Source: an uncultured Terracidiphilus sp.
GTDB taxonomy: Bacteria; Acidobacteriota; Terriglobia; Terriglobales; Acidobacteriaceae
Reading direction: 5' to 3'
Assembly: GCA_964533905.1 (NCBI GenBank)
Contig: CAZHOO010000012.1
Span: 1,983-65,982, forward strand
DNA length: 64,000 bases
A program made the translations under genes and the position numbers. The notes beneath the pieces were generated by a model. It was not told the DNA's origin, did no database searches, and saw nothing but the letters and a program-made list of their open reading frames with translations. This document shows, piece by piece, positions 57,582-64,000 of this stretch (its first letter is position 1; every line of letters begins with the position of its first letter).

Positions 57582-57815
57582 TGCCGTCTCCAGTTTCGGA
57601 AGCCGCCACGGGGCTTTAAGGTCGACTCAAACCAAATTAGGTTCTATGGCCGCCCGTGTCCCTCCGCGTTCAAGCGCGGAGCCTCATTTGCAGCTATCTT
57701 AGACCCACCCCTCCTCCTCCGGCAAAAGGTCGGTGAATTGCTTCGCGCGCAGTTGACCCTCAGCCAGAACGCTTGCATTCCTGCATGCCCCTTTCTGGAC
57801 TAAACTGAATTTGTT

Positions 57816-59408
57816 ATGGCAATCGCAGGCGTCTCTCCCGCTATCGAGCCTCGTTCGCCTCAAGGCATCTTCTCGAACGAGCCATTTACCGACTTCAACA
57901 ATCCTGAAAATGCGCGCTCCATGCGCCTCGCGCTTGACCGTGTGGCCTCGCACCTTGGCGTTGAGTACAGCCTGATCATTGGCGGCAAGCGTCTCAAAAC
58001 CGCTGAAAAAATTCGCTCCATCAATCCCGCTCGCCCCCTGCAAGTCGTCGGCATTCACCAGAAGGCCGGTGAAGCGCAGGTTGAGCCCGCCATGTCCGCC
58101 GCGTTACGTGCCTATGAATCGTGGAGCCGGACATCAATCGACCTGCGTGCGTCTCTGCTCCTCGGCGCCGCCGCCATCATTCGCGAGCGCAGGTTCGAAT
58201 TCATGGCCTGGCTGACCTACGAAGTGGGCAAGAACTGGGCTGAAGCCGACGCCGATGTTGGCGAAACCATTGACTTCCTCGAGTTCTATGCCCGCGAGGC
58301 GCTGCGCCTTGCCGCCGCCACCACGCCCATTCAGTACCCCGGCGAGCGCAATGAGCTCCTCTACATTCCGCTCGGCGTAGGCGCGGTCATCTCGCCCTGG
58401 AACTTTCCTTTCGCCATCATGGCCGGCATGACCGCTGCCGCCATCGTCGCCGGCAACACCGTCATCCTCAAGCCCTCCAGCGATTCACCCACCATCGCAG
58501 CGCGCTTTGTTGAGGTCCTCGAGCAAGCCGGCCTTCCCGATGGCGTTGTCAACTTCTGCCCCGGCTCTGGCGCTTCCTTCGGCAACGCCGTCGTCGAGCA
58601 CCCGAAAACCCGGTTCATCGCCTTCACCGGTTCCAAGTCCGTCGGCCTCGAAATTCACGAGCGCGCGGCCCGTGCGCAACCCGGCCAGATCTGGATCAAG
58701 CGCACCATCCTCGAGATGGGTGGCAAGGACTCCATCCTCGTCTGTGCCGATGCTGATTTCGATGCTGCCGTCGGTGGAGTGGTCGCGTCGGCCTTCGGCT
58801 TCAGCGGGCAAAAGTGTTCCGCCTGCTCCCGCGCCATCATTGAAGCTCCCATCTACGATGCCTTCGTCGACCGCCTGCGCGAGCGAGTTGCAACCCTCAC
58901 CCTGGGCGACCCTGTCGCCAATCCCAACATGGGTCCGGTCATCAACCGCGCTGCGCTCGACTCCATGCTTAAATACATCGAAATCGGCAAGAAAGAAGGC
59001 AGGCTCGTCGCCGGCGGAAACGCCCCAACCATGCCCGACGCTGGATACTTCCTTGAGCCAACCATCTTCGCCGACATCGCTCCCAACGCCGTGCTGGCAC
59101 AGGAGGAAATCTTCGGTCCCGTGCTGGCCATCATCAAAGTCGAAAGCTTCGAAGGGGGCTTGCGCGTCGCCAACAACACCGAGTACGGCCTCACCGGCTC
59201 TGTTTACACAAGCAATCCCGCGCAGAAGGCAGCCGCGCGCAGTGCGTTTCACGTCGGCAATCTCTACTTCAACCGCAAGTGCACTGGCGCAATGGTCGGC
59301 GCGCATCCCTTCGGCGGATTCAATATGAGCGGTACCGACTCCAAGGCCGGCGGCCCCGATTACCTCTACCTCTTCACCCAGGCCAAGAGCGTCGCTGAAA
59401 AGCTCTAG
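57816..59408 (+). CDS. pruA: 1-pyrroline-5-carboxylate dehydrogenase (RocA/PruA type)
   Basis: NEPFTDF, EADAD..E.IDFLEFY, PWNFP, EMGGK, GQKCSACS, EEIFGP, TDSKAGG. Confidence 0.92.
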   Translation: MAIAGVSPAIEPRSPQGIFSNEPFTDFNNPENARSMRLALDRVASHLGVEYSLIIGGKRLKTAEKIRSINPARPLQVVGIHQKAGEAQVEPAMSAALRAYESWSRTSIDLRASLLLGAAAIIRERRFEFMAWLTYEVGKNWAEADADVGETIDFLEFYAREALRLAAATTPIQYPGERNELLYIPLGVGAVISPWNFPFAIMAGMTAAAIVAGNTVILKPSSDSPTIAARFVEVLEQAGLPDGVVNFCPGSGASFGNAVVEHPKTRFIAFTGSKSVGLEIHERAARAQPGQIWIKRTILEMGGKDSILVCADADFDAAVGGVVASAFGFSGQKCSACSRAIIEAPIYDAFVDRLRERVATLTLGDPVANPNMGPVINRAALDSMLKYIEIGKKEGRLVAGGNAPTMPDAGYFLEPTIFADIAPNAVLAQEEIFGPVLAIIKVESFEGGLRVANNTEYGLTGSVYTSNPAQKAAARSAFHVGNLYFNRKCTGAMVGAHPFGGFNMSGTDSKAGGPDYLYLFTQAKSVAEKL

Positions 59409-59467
59409 CTTCCCGTCAACGTCGCAACAGCCGGCGCCCGCGCCACACTATACGTTCCGGAGACCCA

Positions 59468-60304
59468 ATGTCAGCATGGGAGTTTACAGCGGTGGTCTGG
59501 GGCCTCTCGTTCCTGGCGGGTTTCCTCGGCGCGCTTACTGGCCTCGGAGGGGGCGTGGTTGTTGTCCCTGCACTTACCCTGGCGCTTGGTGTGAACATCA
59601 AATACGCCATCGGCGCTTCGCTGGTCTCTGTGATTGCCACCTCTTCCGGTGCAGCAGCAGCTTACGTTCGCGAAGGGTTCTCCAACATTCGCATCGGCAT
59701 GTTTCTTGAGATCGCCACAACGGTGGGCGCGATCCTCGGCGCTTTTCTTGCCGGACGCATCGGCACCCACGCCCTCGCCATCATCTTCGGACTGGTCCTC
59801 ATCCTGGCTGCATATTACTCTTTCAAAGGAGCGCCGGAGGGCGATCGGCCCATCGAATCCGACGCGCTCGCCAAACGCTTGCGGCTCGGTGGCTCCTATC
59901 CCGTCGATGGTAAGGCACAGGAATACGGTGTGCGCAATGTCCCCGCGGGCTTCGGCTTAATGTTCGGCGCCGGCACGTTGTCCGGTCTTCTCGGTATCGG
60001 TTCCGGCGCTGTCAAGGTCATCGCCATGGATCGCGTCATGCGCATCCCCTTCAAAGTCTCTACAACCACAAGCAACTTCATGATCGGAGTTACTGCCGCG
60101 GCCAGCGCCGGAATCTATCTTAGCCGTGGATTTATCGAACCGAGTGTCGCTATGCCCGTCATGCTCGGCGTTCTCGCGGGAGCGTTGCTTGGCGCCAAGG
60201 TTCTCGTTCACGCTCGCGTGCGCACGCTGCGGGCCGTTTTCGCATTCGTGGTCCTGGCTCTCGCTATTGAGATGATCGTCAGCGGAATTACGGGGAAGGT
60301 GTAG
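59468..60304 (+). CDS. Sulfite exporter TauE/SafE family protein
   Basis: GLGGG, SLVSVIATSSG, GIGSG, TTSNFMIG. Confidence 0.9.
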   Translation: MSAWEFTAVVWGLSFLAGFLGALTGLGGGVVVVPALTLALGVNIKYAIGASLVSVIATSSGAAAAYVREGFSNIRIGMFLEIATTVGAILGAFLAGRIGTHALAIIFGLVLILAAYYSFKGAPEGDRPIESDALAKRLRLGGSYPVDGKAQEYGVRNVPAGFGLMFGAGTLSGLLGIGSGAVKVIAMDRVMRIPFKVSTTTSNFMIGVTAAASAGIYLSRGFIEPSVAMPVMLGVLAGALLGAKVLVHARVRTLRAVFAFVVLALAIEMIVSGITGKV

Positions 60305-60309
60305 CCCAC

Positions 60310-60711
60310 ATGCCCGCTCGAATGCCAGCCCGAATGCCCCCTCGCATGAACGATCGCCGCCTTGAGACCATGATTGGCCGCCTCCTGCAGATCGGCGTTC
60401 TCATCTCCGCTGCCACCGTCTTTGCTGGGGGCATTCTCTATCTCATCCAGAGCCCCTCTGGCCGCATCGACTATCGCATTTTTTCGTCCGCCGGCCCTCA
60501 TCTCACTTCGTTCGCCGGGATCCTGCACTCTGCGGCGCACTTTGAAAGTCTGGGGCTCATTCAGTTCGGCCTGCTCCTCCTCATCGCCACGCCCGTCGCA
60601 CGCGTCGCCATGGCAGTCGTCGGCTTCGCTCTCGAGCGCGATCGCCTCTACACCATTGTCAGCCTGATTGTTCTAGTGATACTTGCTTTCAGCCTGATTC
60701 ACGCCACCTGA
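60310..60711 (+). CDS. DUF1634 membrane protein (true start may be 60346)
   Basis: GLLLLIATPVARV motif; follows tauE. Confidence 0.85.
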   Translation: MPARMPARMPPRMNDRRLETMIGRLLQIGVLISAATVFAGGILYLIQSPSGRIDYRIFSSAGPHLTSFAGILHSAAHFESLGLIQFGLLLLIATPVARVAMAVVGFALERDRLYTIVSLIVLVILAFSLIHAT

Positions 60712-60799
60712 CGCACGAAGACGCGGCCGTCTTGCATCTCGCCTGCAAGCACACTCACCAGATTTGAATTGGATTTTCTTCGCGGCCCGCGGATCGGGA

Positions 60800-61507
60800 C
60801 TATAACGCTACGGCGCCGGAAGCGCTTTGGTTCGCGGCCTGATTCGCCGCCTGGGTCTCGGCTTCCAGCTTGCTTCCCACTTCGGCCGCCGCCTTGGCCA
60901 GCACCCGGTGATGAATCGTAAACAGCGCCAGCTCCAGCCGGTCGCCTACGCCGGTCTTGTCGTAAATCGAACGCAGATAATTCTTGATCACCTGCTCCGT
61001 CGTCTTCAGCCGGATGGCAATCTCGCGGTTCTTGCATCCCTGCACGATCAACGCCACAATGCGCATCTCTTTCGGCGTTAGCCGATCGCGCACCCGCGCT
61101 CCCACCAGGTCCTCTTCTATCGCTTCCGGCGGAGCTGACTGCGTTGGCAGCCACGAGTCTCCAGCCGCAACGCGGCGCACGCATTCCACCAGCGCCGGCC
61201 CTGTCACGCTGCGGAACACCACTCCCCGAAAGCCTTGTTGCATATACGATGCCGCATTCTCATTGTTCTCGGCGATCACGATGCCGCGGCTGCTTGTCGT
61301 CTCAAGCAGCATGCCCAACCGTGTGAAATCCGGTTGCAGCGACGCAGCGAACAGAACAATCGAGTTCGGGAACGTGGTGATGGCATGGTACATGCGTTCA
61401 AGATCGGTACATTGCGCAATGATGCGCAGGTCCTCGTCCATGGCCAGAACCTTGGCGGTGCCGGCTCGGAAGATCGCCTGCGAATCAGCCAGTATGATCT
61501 TGTTCAT
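60800..61507 (-). CDS. NarL/LuxR family regulator with an atypical receiver
   Basis: LTPKE..GCKNREIA..VIKNYLRSIYDK HTH; the receiver phospho-Asp position reads VLFAA. Confidence 0.88.
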   Translation of the reverse strand: MNKIILADSQAIFRAGTAKVLAMDEDLRIIAQCTDLERMYHAITTFPNSIVLFAASLQPDFTRLGMLLETTSSRGIVIAENNENAASYMQQGFRGVVFRSVTGPALVECVRRVAAGDSWLPTQSAPPEAIEEDLVGARVRDRLTPKEMRIVALIVQGCKNREIAIRLKTTEQVIKNYLRSIYDKTGVGDRLELALFTIHHRVLAKAAAEVGSKLEAETQAANQAANQSASGAVAL

Positions 61508-61560
61508 TGTGTTTCCTACCTACCCCGCCCTTTCAGGAGAAACTCCCCACACATTCGTCC

Positions 61561-61587
61561 CTATCGGCCCCATCACCAAAGTCTTGG
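61561..61587 (-). promoter_or_regulatory. sigma28-like promoter for the NarL regulator
   Basis: CCAAGACTTT-N9-GCCGATAG, closely resembling TAAAGACTTT-N10-GCCGATAG at 39947-39974. Confidence 0.5.
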
Positions 61588-61797
61588 CAATGTCTCTGAT
61601 TGCTACAATCCTGGCCCTCGCCGGCCCATATCGCAACACCAGCCCACTCGAATAGTCCGCCGCCGTGCGTTATGGGTGCGAACCCGGCTAAGTCTGAGAT
61701 TACAGCCTTCAGGTCAAAATAGGGTACCAAAAACCCCTTGGTAGGGTCCGGGAGACCATTAACTAAATTGGGACCCGTCAGGCTCTACACTCTCTTT

Positions 61798-63450
61798 ATG
61801 GCAAGGCCCATACTCCTGGCGGTCGACGACGACGTAAGCGTGCTGGAAGCCGTGGTCCAGGACCTGCGCCGCCAATATGGCGCCACCTATCGCATCATGC
61901 GCGCCGCCAGCGGTCCGGCCGCCCTCGACACGCTGGCCCAGCTCAAATCCCGCGATGAGCCCGTCGCTTTGATCATCAGCGACCAGCGCATGCCCGGAAT
62001 GAGCGGCGTTGAGATGCTCGAGAGCGCGCGCACCATCTATCCCGATGCGCGCCGAATCCTTCTCACCGCCTATGCCGACACGGAAGCCGCCATTCGTGCC
62101 ATCAACTCTGCCCGCATTCACTACTACCTGAACAAGCCCTGGGATCCGCCAGAGGAGAAGCTTTACCCCGTCGTGACCGACCTCCTCGACGACTGGCAGG
62201 CCAGCTTCCTCCCGCCGTTTGAAGGCCTCCGCGTCATCGGCTATCGCTGGTCCCTCAACGATCACCGCCTCCGTAACTTCCTCTCTCGCAATCACGTCCC
62301 GTACCGTTGGATCGATGTCTCCATCGGCGATGAAGCGCTTACGCTCCTCAAGGACCGTGGGCTCGACCCCGAAAAACTCCCCGTCGTTCTGTTGTCCGAC
62401 GGCGCCGTCCTCGTCGACCCTGATCTCGAAACTCTGGCCGGTCGCGTCGGCCTCCGCGTTCAGGCTGCCCAGGATTTCTACGACATCGTGGTCGTGGGCG
62501 CCGGTCCTGCCGGCCTCGCCGCCGCCGTTTATGGCGCCAGTGAAGGCCTCCGCACCGTTGTCATCGAACCTGAAGCTCCCGGCGGACAGGCCGGTTCCAG
62601 CTCCCGCATCGAGAACTATCTCGGCTTTCCTTCTGGTGTCACCGGCGCCGACCTCGGCCGCCGCGCCTACGCCCAGGCATCCCGCTTCGGCGCTGAGTTC
62701 GTCACCCAGCGCGCCACCGGCATGCGCGTTGACGGCCAGTACCGGTTTCTCGAGCTGGCGGATGGCCGTGAGGTCTCCAGCCATTGTGTCCTTCTCGCTC
62801 CCGGCGTCCAGTACCGCAAGCTCGATATCCCCGGCGCCGACCGCCTCACCGGTCGTGGCATCTACTACGGAGCCGCGCTCGTCGAGGCATTGTCCTGCAA
62901 GGACGAAGATGTCTTTATCGTCGGTGGCGCCAACTCTGCCGGCCAGGCTGCCCTCCACTTCGCCAAATATGCCACCAAAGTAACCATGCTGGTGCGCGGA
63001 GAGGGACTTTCCGCCACCATGTCGAAATACTTGATCGATGAGATCGCTCGAACATCCAATATTGTGGTTGAGGCGCGCACCCAGATCCTTGAGGCCGTCG
63101 GCGATGATCATCTAACTGAGCTGATGTTGCGCAGTCCGTCAGGTGAAACTCGGGTACCTGCCTCTTCGTTGTTTGTTTTTATCGGCGCCGCGCCCGTCAC
63201 AGCGTGGCTGCCACCGTGCATCATGCGTGACGATAAGGGATTTATCTTGGCCGGTCCTGATTTGCGTAGCGACGGTAAGCTACCCCAGGTCTGGAGCGAA
63301 AAGCGCGAACCGTTCCTGCTTGAGAGCAGCGTTCCCGGAGTTTTTGTCGCCGGGGATGTCCGCTCCGGCTCCGTCAAGCGTGTCGCCTCCGCGGTAGGCG
63401 AGGGTTCCATCGCGGTGCAGTTTATGCATCAGTATCTGGCTGGGTTTTAG
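61798..63450 (+). CDS. Receiver domain-thioredoxin reductase-like FAD oxidoreductase fusion
   Basis: REC (VDDD, SDQRMP, LTAY, KPW), GAGPAG, IENYLGFP, GGANSAGQ, AGDVR; CxxC absent. Confidence 0.9.
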   Translation: MARPILLAVDDDVSVLEAVVQDLRRQYGATYRIMRAASGPAALDTLAQLKSRDEPVALIISDQRMPGMSGVEMLESARTIYPDARRILLTAYADTEAAIRAINSARIHYYLNKPWDPPEEKLYPVVTDLLDDWQASFLPPFEGLRVIGYRWSLNDHRLRNFLSRNHVPYRWIDVSIGDEALTLLKDRGLDPEKLPVVLLSDGAVLVDPDLETLAGRVGLRVQAAQDFYDIVVVGAGPAGLAAAVYGASEGLRTVVIEPEAPGGQAGSSSRIENYLGFPSGVTGADLGRRAYAQASRFGAEFVTQRATGMRVDGQYRFLELADGREVSSHCVLLAPGVQYRKLDIPGADRLTGRGIYYGAALVEALSCKDEDVFIVGGANSAGQAALHFAKYATKVTMLVRGEGLSATMSKYLIDEIARTSNIVVEARTQILEAVGDDHLTELMLRSPSGETRVPASSLFVFIGAAPVTAWLPPCIMRDDKGFILAGPDLRSDGKLPQVWSEKREPFLLESSVPGVFVAGDVRSGSVKRVASAVGEGSIAVQFMHQYLAGF

Positions 63451-63479
63451 GCCGGCTGATCGATCGTGGATTAAGTGCA

Positions 63480-64000
63480 ATGAGCAAGATGAGCGAAGAA
63501 CTACAACCGATCCGCATTGAGACGATCCCGTTAAAGGATCTCGCAGACGCTCTCCCGCAAACCCGCATCTTCGCCTCTACGCCGTTCGACGCCATCGCCG
63601 GTGTCAACCATGTCGAGCGCGTAACCGCCAAAGCCGGCTCGGTGCTCGTCGAGCCCAACGAACCATGGCTCTACTACTGGCTCGTGCTTCAGGGCGAAAC
63701 CTACGCCAAGCGCCCTGAAGCCGACGGAACCTTGACTCTCGTCGGCATTGCACACGCAGGCGAAGGTTTCGGCGAAGTGCCCTTGCTCTCTGGGCGCGGC
63801 AAGTCGCCCTTCCGCGTCATCGCGTCGCAGGATTCCATCTTCATCCGATTCACGGAGCAGGACTTTTGGTCGCTTCTTGCCTGCTGCCCCGCCGTTCGAT
63901 CCGTCGTTCTGGCCGATAGCGCCGTGCGCCTTCAGGCCTACCAGGTAGAAGCGCTGCATCGTGAAAAGCTCGTCTCCCTCGGCACTCTGGCCGCAGGCCT
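63480..64000 (+). CDS. cNMP-binding-domain histidine kinase, truncated by the window end
   Basis: open frame with FGEVPLL cNMP motif, then REKLVSLGTLAAGL leading into an H-box. Confidence 0.8.
   Translation, partial: MSKMSEELQPIRIETIPLKDLADALPQTRIFASTPFDAIAGVNHVERVTAKAGSVLVEPNEPWLYYWLVLQGETYAKRPEADGTLTLVGIAHAGEGFGEVPLLSGRGKSPFRVIASQDSIFIRFTEQDFWSLLACCPAVRSVVLADSAVRLQAYQVEALHREKLVSLGTLAAG

Noticed and set aside
61759-63111. 450-aa minus-strand ORF
   Set aside because: Antisense shadow of the REC-oxidoreductase gene

Overview
GC-rich bacterial chromosomal window. Gene content and intergenic repeats suggest Acidobacteriaceae (inference). The left ~40 kb is an expanded Tad/Flp (type IVc) pilus region. 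Four tandem Flp pilin genes sit behind a sigma54-type promoter, inside a cluster of five GT-C-fold membrane glycosyltransferases, a GT2 polyprenol-phosphate glycosyltransferase, a FkbM methyltransferase and a PAP2/Aur1-like enzyme. A PAS histidine kinase and an arsR/arsM-arsC-aquaglyceroporin cluster follow. Next come the assembly genes (cpaB, cpaC, tadE, tadB/C, cpaF, cpaE, cpaA) with three tandem vWA TadG-like paralogs, an NHL lipoprotein, a TonB-like protein, a DUF192-PilZ fusion, an unannotated 31-aa membrane peptide and a sigma54 activator. The right part holds a complete reductive pyrimidine catabolism cluster and xdhC/mocA plus a Tat-exported Xdh-family molybdoenzyme with a cytochrome b partner. 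It ends with P5C dehydrogenase, TauE/DUF1634, an atypical NarL regulator and a REC-thioredoxin reductase-like/cNMP-kinase pair. Best candidate for an undescribed system: lipid-linked (GT-C) glycosylation of Tad pili, since all four pilins conserve a C-terminal S-N-(I/V)-S sequon. No rRNA, tRNA, CRISPR or transposase recognised. All calls are from motif reading only; no database searches were run.
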